Source: Cyanophyceae cyanobacterium (GTDB taxonomy: Bacteria > Cyanobacteriota > Cyanobacteriia > Cyanobacteriales > Laspinemataceae). Taken from it: a stretch of 64,000 nucleotides of DNA. Under the pieces are notes generated by a model. It was given only the letters and a program-made list of their open reading frames with translations, had not been told where the DNA came from and ran no database searches. The stretch's first letter is position 1. Every line of letters begins with the position of its first letter. The stretch spans positions 64,001 to 128,000 of the forward strand of contig JBBQFN010000002.1 of assembly GCA_038321985.1 (NCBI GenBank). The letters are read 5' to 3'. This document shows positions 52,146 through 61,940 of this stretch, one piece after another. The position numbers and the translations under genes were made by a program.

Positions 52146-54344
52146 GTGAGTTATTGCCTCAATCCTAAATGCCCGAACCGGGCTGACCCATTGAACGCAC
52201 AGAACCGCATCTGTCGGCATTGCGGTTCGCTTTTGGTTTTCCAAGGCCGCTATCGGGTCGGGCGGTTACTGGGGGAAGGCGGTTTTGGTCAAACGTTTGA
52301 AGTCAACGATGGAGGTATCCTCAAGGTCCTCAAGGTCCTGACGGATGATAATCCCAAGGCGATCGCGCTGTTTCAGCGGGAAGCGCAAGTCTTAAGCCAT
52401 TTAAATCATCCCGGTATTCCCCGAGTTGAGCCAGACGGTTACTTTACGGTTTTACCCAGAAACAGCAAGCAGCCGTTACATTGTCTGGTGATGCAACGGA
52501 TTGAGGGCCGAAATTTAGAAGTGTGGATGGCCGATCGCCATCATTTACCGATTCCGCAGCATCAAGCCCTCAATTGGTTTAAACAGCTTACAGAACTTTT
52601 ACATATTGTCCATCAACAGCAATTTTTCCACCGGGATATCAAACCGTCGAACATCATGCTACAGCCCAATGGGCAACTGGCGTTGATTGACTTTGGCAGT
52701 GCTAGGGAAGTGACGGGGACCTATCTGGCTAAAGTGGGCGGGGGTCATCAAATTACGGGAATCGTTTCTCCCGGTTACACGCCGCCAGAACAGGCGAATG
52801 GGAAAGCGGTCCCTCAATCGGATTTTTTTGCCCTGGGACGGACGTTTGTTTTTCTATTAACGGGGAAGGAACCGAATGCGTTTCCTGAAGATACCCGCAC
52901 GGGTCAGTTATTGTGGCGATCGGATTCGAGTCGGAGTTTTCCCACCGCTGGAGTGGGAACAAACTCTGTACTGGATTGTATTGATTACCTGATGGCCCCT
53001 TTTCCAGGAAACCGCCCGCAAAATACTCAAGTAATTTTAAAGCAGTTAGAAGAAATCGAACGGGAAATGCAGCAACCTTGGGGTTCTGCGCCGATGCCTG
53101 TGCGATCGCCTCACCCCATGGGTTCAATCCAGCCTTATTATCAAGCTGCTGCACGGATTCCGACTCGACTGTTGCGCTTAAATGGGGGTAGAAATTACAG
53201 TAAACACAGTCGGCGATCGCGCTCTCCCCACAAAAAAGCGCTGAAATTAACCCAAAACTTCCTAGTAGGTGGATTTTTCTTAGCCTTAGCAGGAATGGCG
53301 ACTCAACTCTTTGGGGGATTTACATTACCCAATGTCTCGGCTTTACTGTGGTTAAATCAGGCAGGTCAAAGGGTTTTACCTGAAGTAGCCGCTAATTCTG
53401 AGCCATTCACCCCCATCTCTGCGGTGTCGGCTCAACCTTTGGCCGCAAAAAGCCCCATCACCTTAGCGAAAACCCTCGGGGGTCATCTGTGGGGGGTAAA
53501 TTCTATTGCACTCAGTCCCGACAGCCGCCTGCTGGTTAGTGGTAGTGTGGACAAAACCGTGAAGCTGTGGGACCTAGAATCCGGTCAAGTCCGACAAAGT
53601 TTATCGGGGCATTCCCAGGAAATTTGGTCGGTGGCATTTAGTCCGGAGGGCAGTAAAATTGCCAGTAGCAGTGGAGATGGGACGATTAAAGTTTGGGAGA
53701 CGAGTACAGGTAACTTGTTACATACCCTCTCGGATCATACCGCTTGGGTGATGGCGGTAACGTTCAGTCCCGATGGCAAGCAATTAGCTTCCGGTGGCTT
53801 TGACAATACGATTAAGTTGTGGAATGCGGAAACCGGCGAACTGATTCGCTCGATCGCCGCTCACTCCGGCTGGGTATTTTCTCTAGCTTATAGTCCCGAT
53901 GGTCAACTCTTAGCCAGCGGCAGTTTCGATCGCTCGATTAAAATTTGGCATACTCAAACTGGTGAGGTGGTCCGGACTTTAGAAGGGGGTTTGTATCGAT
54001 TTCGGTCCGTGGCGTTTAGTCCGGATGGTCAGTGGTTAGCCGGTGCAAGTGGAGACAGTTCGATTCTAATTTGGCAGGTCAGTAGTGGTCAAGTGGTCCG
54101 CACTTTATTTGGACATTCCGATGCAGTACACTCGATCGCCTTTAGTCCAGATGGTCACACTTTGGTCAGTGGTGGCGGGTCCTTAGATAGTACGATTAAA
54201 CTCTGGAATATTGGAACAGGACAACTGTTACAGACTCTTACAGGTCACTCGGATACAGTAAATTCGATTTCAATCAGTGCTGATGGTAAGATGCTGACAA
54301 GTGGGAGTCAAGATAATACAATTAAGGTGTGGCAGTTACCGTAG
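52146..54344 (+). CDS. Ser/Thr protein kinase with N-terminal Cys cluster, a TM segment and C-terminal WD40 repeats
   Basis: YCLNPKC, GEGGFG, HRDIKPSN, DFG; about seven GH...FSPDG...W repeats. Confidence 0.95.
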   Translation: MSYCLNPKCPNRADPLNAQNRICRHCGSLLVFQGRYRVGRLLGEGGFGQTFEVNDGGILKVLKVLTDDNPKAIALFQREAQVLSHLNHPGIPRVEPDGYFTVLPRNSKQPLHCLVMQRIEGRNLEVWMADRHHLPIPQHQALNWFKQLTELLHIVHQQQFFHRDIKPSNIMLQPNGQLALIDFGSAREVTGTYLAKVGGGHQITGIVSPGYTPPEQANGKAVPQSDFFALGRTFVFLLTGKEPNAFPEDTRTGQLLWRSDSSRSFPTAGVGTNSVLDCIDYLMAPFPGNRPQNTQVILKQLEEIEREMQQPWGSAPMPVRSPHPMGSIQPYYQAAARIPTRLLRLNGGRNYSKHSRRSRSPHKKALKLTQNFLVGGFFLALAGMATQLFGGFTLPNVSALLWLNQAGQRVLPEVAANSEPFTPISAVSAQPLAAKSPITLAKTLGGHLWGVNSIALSPDSRLLVSGSVDKTVKLWDLESGQVRQSLSGHSQEIWSVAFSPEGSKIASSSGDGTIKVWETSTGNLLHTLSDHTAWVMAVTFSPDGKQLASGGFDNTIKLWNAETGELIRSIAAHSGWVFSLAYSPDGQLLASGSFDRSIKIWHTQTGEVVRTLEGGLYRFRSVAFSPDGQWLAGASGDSSILIWQVSSGQVVRTLFGHSDAVHSIAFSPDGHTLVSGGGSLDSTIKLWNIGTGQLLQTLTGHSDTVNSISISADGKMLTSGSQDNTIKVWQLP

Positions 54345-54576
54345 GAGTCGGTGGCCCTGGGACGACTGACTCAGCCCGATTTTGGGATTGACAGCTTCCC
54401 GGATTCTAGGAATTTTGAGATTAAATTATGGATTTTTGATCGCTGCCGTTCAAATTGCTCTCATTTCACTGATAATATCTATCGGGAGGGCGATCGCCCC
54501 TCTAGCCAGTCTGTCACCTTTTAAAGTAAGATCAGTAATATGCGGGAACAACGCTTGTCGGATATAGGGGGAGTGT

Positions 54577-55269
54577 TTGCGAGCGATTGAAATCGAGCCG
54601 AAACTTAAGGAACTCATGGGGATAGCCTCCTCAGTAGATCCAGGGCTAGAGTACCGTTTAGAGGACATCTGGCGTTGGATCAAAGATATGAGACCCGGTT
54701 TATTAATGCAAAAAAAATTTTTAATGGGGTTTCTGCTCGAAGTCATTAAGGATGCAGAATTTTGGTTAGCGCTCAAAGTTTTAACGGATCAGGAGCGAGA
54801 ATCATTTTTAAATCAGCTTACTCCCCCCGTCCGCTATTGGTATGAGTTCCTCTTCCCCAAGTGGTTTAATGAAAAAGATAACAAATTTTACATTTGGAAA
54901 CAAAAATTAAGATCCGGAGAATTCAATCAGGAGGATGCCCAACTGATTGACTTAATCGCACAAAAGATAAAGATTCGCGAAGGGAGCCTCGTCCAACGGT
55001 ATGTGGCAGATTTCTCTATGGCAACAGATGCGATCGTGAGCAGCAACAAGGGTAGACCTCTGTGCGTCCAAGTGACTAGCATCTCTGATGATTTTTCCGA
55101 GCATAAGTACGAAGAGTGGAAAAGAACCCTGCAAGAATGGAATATAGAACGGGGGATTTTTGTTAGTTACAATCCGGGAAAAGAAGAATTCGTGAGTCAA
55201 GTTGTGAATTTGGTCTTGCATAATAGCAGCCATTTGGAAGAGTCAAAATATCTGAAATTCAGTTTTTAA
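54577..55269 (+). CDS. Hypothetical protein (possible PD-(D/E)XK-like C-terminus)
   Basis: 230-aa ORF, TTG start with GGAG RBS; D..D....QVT pattern. Confidence 0.75.
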   Translation: MRAIEIEPKLKELMGIASSVDPGLEYRLEDIWRWIKDMRPGLLMQKKFLMGFLLEVIKDAEFWLALKVLTDQERESFLNQLTPPVRYWYEFLFPKWFNEKDNKFYIWKQKLRSGEFNQEDAQLIDLIAQKIKIREGSLVQRYVADFSMATDAIVSSNKGRPLCVQVTSISDDFSEHKYEEWKRTLQEWNIERGIFVSYNPGKEEFVSQVVNLVLHNSSHLEESKYLKFSF

Positions 55270-55325
55270 GAAACTCAGTTTCTTAATGATTCCGCCCGAC
55301 AACAAACCTTTTTTAAGACATAGAT

Positions 55326-55937
55326 ATGGGTACGACAATCCAAACTTCCAGTAAAGACCGCCTCGAAAAAGCATGGCAAGCCCTTCAATCAGCTCAAGAT
55401 TTGCAGGACGACCGATTAAGGTTTGGTCTAGATCATGTCAATCTTTATGTAGAGGATGTAGATAGTGATTGGATAGAAGCCTGGGGAGAAACTCAGGAAT
55501 GGCAAAATCCCATTAATTTGGGAAAGTGGTTTCAGGAGCGATTTGAGCCGGGATGGCAGGCGATTGATGAAGTCTTTTGCCCCCAAGAAGATTCCATGGC
55601 TTTAATCCTAGAAACTGCCGGAGTAAAACGGGCGAAAACGTTGCAATTGGGCCACCACAATCGGGACTGCCCGATCGCCTTAATTGTCACGATTAAAGCT
55701 GAATCCCACGGAGAAACTGGGGTATTAGTCCAGGTTTATCCCACGGGCGATCACACGGAATTACCCCCCGGTTTACAACTGACTTTACTCTCCCCCCAGG
55801 GCGATCGCCTGCATGAGGTGGTAGCCCGAACTGCTGACTCGGGTCTACAAATGGAGTTAAGCGGACAACCGGGGGAACGCTATAGCATTCAAGTCACATT
55901 AGACGGTGCCATTATCATCGAAGAGTTTGTGATTTAA
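55326..55937 (+). CDS. DUF1822-family protein (short form)
   Basis: INLGKWFQ...GWQ, VKRAK, VQVYP...LPPGLQL, GERYSIQV...EEFVI. Confidence 0.85.
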   Translation: MGTTIQTSSKDRLEKAWQALQSAQDLQDDRLRFGLDHVNLYVEDVDSDWIEAWGETQEWQNPINLGKWFQERFEPGWQAIDEVFCPQEDSMALILETAGVKRAKTLQLGHHNRDCPIALIVTIKAESHGETGVLVQVYPTGDHTELPPGLQLTLLSPQGDRLHEVVARTADSGLQMELSGQPGERYSIQVTLDGAIIIEEFVI

Positions 55938-56091
55938 GGATTTTGCTGAGGGAACCGGCGGCAGCAATTGTCGCCAGTTCTCGCGATCGCAATCAGGGTT
56001 ACGGCTAACCCGAGGGAAATAGACTCACAGGAGGAGTGCAAAGTCACGGGCGATCGCCTAGGATAATTTTTAGAATCTAGGAGTCATTGCC

Positions 56092-56871
56092 ATGACACAG
56101 CTTTCGGAACGCTCTAACTCCGATTTATTTCGGTCGGTATCAACGTTACTGGCGATTCTTGCTGCCTTTGTTACTAATATTATCGCCAATATTTTTCCCT
56201 TTAATGGTCTAACGATTGGTGAAATTTCTAACCAGCTATTTCGGGATGTTTTAATTATCCCAGCCAATTATGCTTTTGCAATTTGGGGAGTAATTTATTT
56301 AGCCTTAATTAGCTTCGGTATCTATCAAGTGTTGCCGGCTCAACGGCATAATCCTAGGTTAAGGCGCATCAGTTACCTGGTTGTTCTAGCCAGTTTAGCT
56401 CAAATTGCGTGGGTATTTTTATTTGAATATCTCCAGTTTGGGTGGTCGGTGTTAGCAATGTTAATTATTTTAGGGGCTCTAATTCTCACTTATCAGCGCC
56501 TAGAGATTGGGAGAGAACGAGTTCCCCCTCGGGAAAAATGGCTCGTTAATATTCCCTTAAGTATCTATTTGGCCTGGATTAGTGTAGCCACCGTAGTGAA
56601 TATTGCCTCCACCCTCTATGCCTGGGGTTGGAAGGATCCGGGGACGGCGGTTTTTTGGACCGTATTGATGCTATTAGTTGCTGCCGCGATCGCCGCAGTC
56701 GTCACCATTCAACGGGGGGATACCGCCTTCAATCTGGTGTTTGTTTGGGCTTATATAGCGATCGCTGTCCGTCAAAGTGAGTATGTGGTAATCCTCAGCA
56801 CTGCCTTGGGATTAGCGATCTGGCTGATTCTCCTACTCTTGCTTCCCCGGTGGAAACGCCGGAAAACTTGA
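56092..56871 (+). CDS. TspO/MBR-like tryptophan-rich membrane protein
   Basis: PANYAFAIWGVIY, SIYLAWISVAT; multiple TM helices. Confidence 0.8.
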   Translation: MTQLSERSNSDLFRSVSTLLAILAAFVTNIIANIFPFNGLTIGEISNQLFRDVLIIPANYAFAIWGVIYLALISFGIYQVLPAQRHNPRLRRISYLVVLASLAQIAWVFLFEYLQFGWSVLAMLIILGALILTYQRLEIGRERVPPREKWLVNIPLSIYLAWISVATVVNIASTLYAWGWKDPGTAVFWTVLMLLVAAAIAAVVTIQRGDTAFNLVFVWAYIAIAVRQSEYVVILSTALGLAIWLILLLLLPRWKRRKT

Positions 56872-56902
56872 CGGAAATATCCCTTCCCCCGATACTATTC
56901 TC

Positions 56903-58294
56903 ATGCATAGCCTGTCTCAATCCAAAGTTTTCTCAGAAGCCAAAGCCACCCTGCACCTGGCAATTCCCCTGATTGCAGCACAACTAGCACAAGCAGCAAC
57001 CGGGTTTGTCGATACCGTGATGATGGGGTTACTCGGCAGTGAGACTTTAGCGGCAGGGGGTTTAGGTGCAATCACATTTTTTACTTTAATCCTAATTTGT
57101 ACCGGGATGGTTTCTGCAGTTGGGGCGATCGCCGCCACAGCTCACGGAGCGGGAGAACTCCACCGAATCAATCACTTAACGATTCAGGGACTCTGGTTAA
57201 CCTTAGCTCTCTCGGTTCCCATCGGTTTCCTGATGTGGAACCTCAGTCCCCTGTTACTGCGCTTCGGACAGGACCCGACGGCTGTGGAGTTAGCGCAAAC
57301 CTATCTGAGGGCGCTCATTTTGGGATTTCCCGCCGCCGTGGGATTTGCCGTCTTACGCAATATCCTTTCCGCCCTCAATCATACTCGACCCATAATGGCG
57401 ATCGTAGCCAGTTGCGTCCCCCTGAATATTGGCGGAAATTATGTCTTCATGTTTGGAAAATTCGGTTTACCCGCCTTGGGTTTAGCAGGAATTGGCTGGG
57501 CAAGTACCCTTTCTTTTTGGGTGATGTTTATTGCTGCTGCTGGGTTTCTAGCCCTGAGTCGCCGTTTAAAACCCTATCAAATTTTTCGGACTTCTTATCA
57601 GTTTTATCCCTCCGAATTTTGGGGAATTGTCAAAATTGGATGGCCGATCGCCGGACTCTTTGCCATAGAAACGGGCCTCTTTGCCGTCACTACATTTTTG
57701 ATGGGAACCTTCGGAACCGTAACCTTAGCCGCCCATAACATCGCCTTGCAAACAGCCAATATAACCTTTATGGTTCCGGTGGGATTGTCTCTTGCCACCA
57801 CGGTTAGAGTGGGACAAGCCATGGGCAGAAAGGATATTCTCAGTGCCAGACGCGCCGGATATATTGGCATTGCGATCGGCGTCAGCTTCATGAGTCTCAT
57901 GGGGCTATTTTTATGGACCAACCCCGATAAAATTGTAGCCTTGTATTTAGATATTGATAATTCAGATAATCAACCTGTGCTGGAATTGGCAATGTCCTTG
58001 TTAGGAATAGCCGCCATGTTTCAAATTTTTGATGGAATGCAAATTATCGCCTCTGGTGCTTTGCGCGGATTAAAAGATACCCGAGTTCCAATGGCTATCG
58101 GCTTTTTGGGCTACTGGTGTATTGGGTTATGCAGTGGGTATATTCTAGGCTTGCATCTGCATTGGGGAGGAATTGGATTATGGTTTGGGCTGGTACTCGG
58201 ACTCACTTTTTCTGGGGTGCTGTTAACCTGTCGCTTCGCTTATTTACTCAGCAGGAAATCCATGTCAAGGGGTGTTTACAACCAGTCTAAATGA
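56903..58294 (+). CDS. MATE family efflux transporter (NorM-like)
   Basis: VDTVMMG, PALGLAG, GALRGLKDT; about 12 TM helices. Confidence 0.93.
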   Translation: MHSLSQSKVFSEAKATLHLAIPLIAAQLAQAATGFVDTVMMGLLGSETLAAGGLGAITFFTLILICTGMVSAVGAIAATAHGAGELHRINHLTIQGLWLTLALSVPIGFLMWNLSPLLLRFGQDPTAVELAQTYLRALILGFPAAVGFAVLRNILSALNHTRPIMAIVASCVPLNIGGNYVFMFGKFGLPALGLAGIGWASTLSFWVMFIAAAGFLALSRRLKPYQIFRTSYQFYPSEFWGIVKIGWPIAGLFAIETGLFAVTTFLMGTFGTVTLAAHNIALQTANITFMVPVGLSLATTVRVGQAMGRKDILSARRAGYIGIAIGVSFMSLMGLFLWTNPDKIVALYLDIDNSDNQPVLELAMSLLGIAAMFQIFDGMQIIASGALRGLKDTRVPMAIGFLGYWCIGLCSGYILGLHLHWGGIGLWFGLVLGLTFSGVLLTCRFAYLLSRKSMSRGVYNQSK

Positions 58295-58961
58295 ATTTGA
58301 TAATCCCTCTAACCCCAAGAACCTTGCAGTGCTTTCTATCTTACTCGCCCTACATCCGAGGGAGCAAGATACAAAGCCTACAGCATAGCCTACGTGAAAC
58401 GCGCAAACCAGTCAAGCGATCGCGCTGTGACACTCCTCTAAACATCTGTGTCTCATGAATCCAAAAACAGCCATATAGCCCGTCTAAATGAACGGGATAA
58501 TTTTTGCTTTATGCTGGCTTTAAAGAAGTTTACCTCTTTTAATTTTAGGGAAATAGAAATCAAGCCAATCGCACTGTTCAATCTCTTGTCCCTCCGAAGA
58601 AGCTACACCAAATCTCAGCGTAAAAAGTTCATTTTTTCGCCACCCCAGCAGAGGTAGGCTTTGGACAGGAAAGCCTCACCCTTGAATTTTTCGGTTCTCT
58701 TGTTAACCAAAAGGAGGGGATAGATTATTTAACCTGGGAAAAAATGCTGCTTTTGATAGATGCGCTTATACTGGGACGGCAGCTATAGTTTACATAACTT
58801 AGAGTCACTGCGCTACTGCCCCATCTAAGGGCTTAAAGATCCGGTTCTTTAATTAAACGTATATCCTAGGTTGCCCTCTTTAGAAGATTTTTTATAAAGA
58901 TTTTATATAAGAAGAGGTGCAGTCGCCTCTTAATCTGTACACCTATTTTATCCCAGAAATC

Positions 58962-59210
58962 ATGAGCTATCTTACGGTTACTCCTACCCCTCAATCTATT
59001 CAAATTCCGGGTCCGAAGCCTTTACCGACACCGGGAACCCCCTCGGAACCCCAAATTCCGACACCGGAACCCGTTCCAGCACCAATCCCCCAAACCGTTC
59101 CTGCTCCTGTGCCAGAAACTGTGCCAGAACCCGTTCCCCAAACTGTTCCAGCACCCATTCCTCAAACTATTCCCGAACCGATTCCCCAAACCATTCCCGA
59201 ACCCCAATAA
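58962..59210 (+). CDS. Pro-rich low-complexity peptide with PxPxPQTx octapeptide repeats
   Basis: Codon-degenerate 24-nt repeats that preserve the peptide pattern. Confidence 0.55.
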   Translation: MSYLTVTPTPQSIQIPGPKPLPTPGTPSEPQIPTPEPVPAPIPQTVPAPVPETVPEPVPQTVPAPIPQTIPEPIPQTIPEPQ

Positions 59211-59315
59211 AACCAAAAATTCAAGGGCCTCGGCCAATTTGAGGTTAAGGTTCTGACAAGAGCTATCAATAAAAAAGTGAGGTGTCAGAAGGAACCCACA
59301 ATTATAAATCTATAA

Positions 59316-59388
59316 ATCGTTCATCTCTTTCGTGACGAATAAATCGCAGTGGAGAGACGGAAGTAGGTATCACAGCCGAAGGAACGCA
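59316..59388 (+). promoter_or_regulatory. Glutamine riboswitch (glnA motif, class I)
   Basis: ATCGTTCATCTC...GAGACGGAAGTAGG...CCGAAGGAACGC matches the conserved motif elements; about 35 nt before an ORF. Confidence 0.85.
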
Positions 59389-59422
59389 GAGCATTTTTGA
59401 AGAAAGTATAGAGGTAAATATA

Positions 59423-59629
59423 ATGATGCTTGTACCATCATTATTGTCCTTGGCGATCGCCTCCCTAGCGTTTTGTCTAAGCGTCAATACAACCGAAGAA
59501 ATTGTCAAAGTGGCGGCTACTGTCTTAGCAGGATTTTGCCTGATTTTGAGCCTAGTATTTGCGCCTTGGATCGTAAAACTGGTGCTAATAGCGATCGCCT
59601 TTGTCAATCAAAAACTTAATCACCCTTAA
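59423..59629 (+). CDS. Small hydrophobic membrane protein (68 aa)
   Basis: GAGG RBS; 2-3 hydrophobic segments. Confidence 0.7.
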   Translation: MMLVPSLLSLAIASLAFCLSVNTTEEIVKVAATVLAGFCLILSLVFAPWIVKLVLIAIAFVNQKLNHP

Positions 59630-59660
59630 CCGCTTCCTCAAACTCCTAATCTGATGGACC

Positions 59661-60692
59661 CTAAGTACGACGGTAAGAGGGCGGTACGATAAATCTAAGA
59701 ACTTGCTTACAGACATCAATCCGAAATCGGGGAGCGATCTCATACTCTTCACCGTCGATTTGCCCCACAGGGGCGGATTGATAACCGTGGCGGGCGATGG
59801 AGAAAATAAACGACGATCCGCGCCGGGGACGAGATAATGGAATGCCGACTGCCCGAAAATGGTCTTCTGTAAAGGGACTGTAACGGAACGTGGCGATCGC
59901 CTTGCATATAAATTCCCAGGGACTGGCGATTGGAATTAGCTCAAAATAGCCGTCATCGGGTAAAGAATCCGGTGCCGGTATCCAATCCCCGGCATAGATT
60001 AACGTATTCTTGATAATCGCATCAATGACATGGGGATAAAAATAAGAAGTGCCATCAATTTCAACTTGCAGATCAAACGTCGTATCCTCACTCAAGGAAG
60101 CGATCGCCTGCCGAATCGTTGCCCCGATATAAAGCCATTGATCCCTATAAAAATCTTTGAGTAAGGGGATTGTAGAGACTCGCGCCTTTTCTAGATTGGC
60201 AAGGGCGACGATTTGCGCCCCCCACCCCACACCCATTGAGTCGAAAAACCACTCCGTTGCAATTGCCTCATCCCTCTCTCCAAGCTGTTGTAATCGCCCC
60301 ACATCTACACTAAGGGTTCTTCCTTCCGCGATCGTTCTCACATTTTCTGCCAGCGCCGTAACACCGGCATTCATTCCAAAAGATTTTCCTTGATTGTTAG
60401 CAGTGCCACTGGGCAATATCCCCATTGTTACCGTGGAAGCGTGGCGAGAAGTGAGAATTCCGCTCACTACCTCCGATAAAGTGCCATCTCCTCCCATAGC
60501 GATCGCACAGCGAGTCTCACCCTGATCAATAGAATGACGGACTAATTCGACGGTTCTTCGATGGGGTTGAGTGGCGATCGCCTCATGTTCGATGCCAAAA
60601 TCCCGTAACAACTCACGGGCATAATCGATACATTCTGCTGCTCTCCCACTATATGCCGTGGGGTTCCAAAATAATACAGTTTTGTTGGACAT
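59661..60692 (-). CDS. Diacylglycerol kinase-family (YegS/DagK-like) lipid kinase
   Basis: WNPTA, GGDGTLSEV, PSGTANN, QIDGE; GAGGGG RBS before the ATG at 60692. Confidence 0.9.
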   Translation of the reverse strand: MSNKTVLFWNPTAYSGRAAECIDYARELLRDFGIEHEAIATQPHRRTVELVRHSIDQGETRCAIAMGGDGTLSEVVSGILTSRHASTVTMGILPSGTANNQGKSFGMNAGVTALAENVRTIAEGRTLSVDVGRLQQLGERDEAIATEWFFDSMGVGWGAQIVALANLEKARVSTIPLLKDFYRDQWLYIGATIRQAIASLSEDTTFDLQVEIDGTSYFYPHVIDAIIKNTLIYAGDWIPAPDSLPDDGYFELIPIASPWEFICKAIATFRYSPFTEDHFRAVGIPLSRPRRGSSFIFSIARHGYQSAPVGQIDGEEYEIAPRFRIDVCKQVLRFIVPPSYRRT

Positions 60693-60888
60693 AACCGTTA
60701 ATCCCCTCACCTTGATTATTTAAAAATAGGAGTCGTTTTTTGAGAGAGTATGGCTTGTTTCCGAAGTCGCCTCAGTAATACCTCCTTCCTTGTTGTCGAT
60801 CCCGATCCCGGTAAATTTATTTTAACGGTACCCTTTGGAGGCGGGCAATTGCGCCCCACCCAAGCAAAAAAAACTGAATCTGTCAGAA

Positions 60889-60903
60889 TGAGACTTATTC
60901 TCG
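60889..60903. promoter_or_regulatory. Putative Zur box upstream of znuA
   Basis: TGAGACTTATTCTCG is an imperfect 7-1-7 repeat resembling TGATAATnATTATCA, adjacent to TATAAT. Confidence 0.5.
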
Positions 60904-60948
60904 TATAATTTAAAATTAGGACTGATTCTGCACTTCTTCTGAAAAATC

Positions 60949-61935
60949 ATGCTGATTCCTAAAAGCCTGAGTCGATTGCTGATTCCACTGCTGCTACTAC
61001 CCACAGCGATCGCCTGTCGCGAACCCGGTATTGAGTCTCAAACTGATGAACAACTGGGCGCTGTGGAGTCCCCAGCGCTCAACATTGTGACAACCTTTTT
61101 GCCGGTGTACTGGTTTACCCGCGCCGTAACTGGGGATAGCGCCCAGGTTCAAGTATTGATTCCTCCAGGAACCGATGTGCACGAGTATCAGGCGAAACCG
61201 GCAGATGTGCAGGCGATCGCCACTGCCAATATTTTAGTTAAAAATGGCCTTGGTTTAGAAGAATTTCTTGAAAATACCATCCGTAATGCTAACAATCCAG
61301 GATTGCAGGAAATTAATGCCAGTGCAGGCATTCAACCTTTAAATGACATTTCCCCAGTGATTAAAGCAGATGATAGGAGTCATGACGATGAACATCACCA
61401 TAACGATGATGGTGAACATGATCATGGCGAAGGGAATCCCCATGTTTGGCTCGATCCGGTATTAGCTCAACAACAAGTTACCACCATTCTAGCCGGGTTA
61501 ATCGCCGCAGATCCAGCCAATAAAGCCAGTTATGAAGCCAATGCAGCAGCTTACCTTCAGCAATTAAAACAACTAGATGGGGAGTTTCAGCAAACCTTAG
61601 CCCAATATCCAAATTGTACCGTAATTACGTTTCATGATGCCTATCCCTACATAGCCAATCGGTACAATTTGCAGCAAGTCGCCGTTGTTTCAGTGCCCGA
61701 TGCCAGTCTGTCCCCCCAGGATGTACAAAAAACGGTGCAAGCCGTTCAACAGTATCAAGCGAAGGCATTATTTTCTGAACCTGCCGTCGAGAATAAATTG
61801 TTACAAACTCTGGCAACTGACCTAAACTTACCCCTGTATGAAATTGATTCCTTAGAATCAGGACCCCTCGATCCTGAACATTATTTTACCGCCATGCGCG
61901 GAAATTTACAAACTATTGAAAAGGCTTGTCAGTAA
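60949..61935 (+). CDS. znuA: Zn ABC transporter substrate-binding lipoprotein
   Basis: Lipobox AIAC, DVHEY, His/Asp-rich loop, NPHVWLDP, TFHDAY. Confidence 0.9.
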   Translation: MLIPKSLSRLLIPLLLLPTAIACREPGIESQTDEQLGAVESPALNIVTTFLPVYWFTRAVTGDSAQVQVLIPPGTDVHEYQAKPADVQAIATANILVKNGLGLEEFLENTIRNANNPGLQEINASAGIQPLNDISPVIKADDRSHDDEHHHNDDGEHDHGEGNPHVWLDPVLAQQQVTTILAGLIAADPANKASYEANAAAYLQQLKQLDGEFQQTLAQYPNCTVITFHDAYPYIANRYNLQQVAVVSVPDASLSPQDVQKTVQAVQQYQAKALFSEPAVENKLLQTLATDLNLPLYEIDSLESGPLDPEHYFTAMRGNLQTIEKACQ

Positions 61936-61940
61936 CTGCG

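Noticed and set aside
57097..57738. 213-aa alternative-frame ORF inside the MATE gene, and similar short overlapping ORFs throughout
   Set aside because: Fully overlap confidently identified genes and have no recognisable motifs
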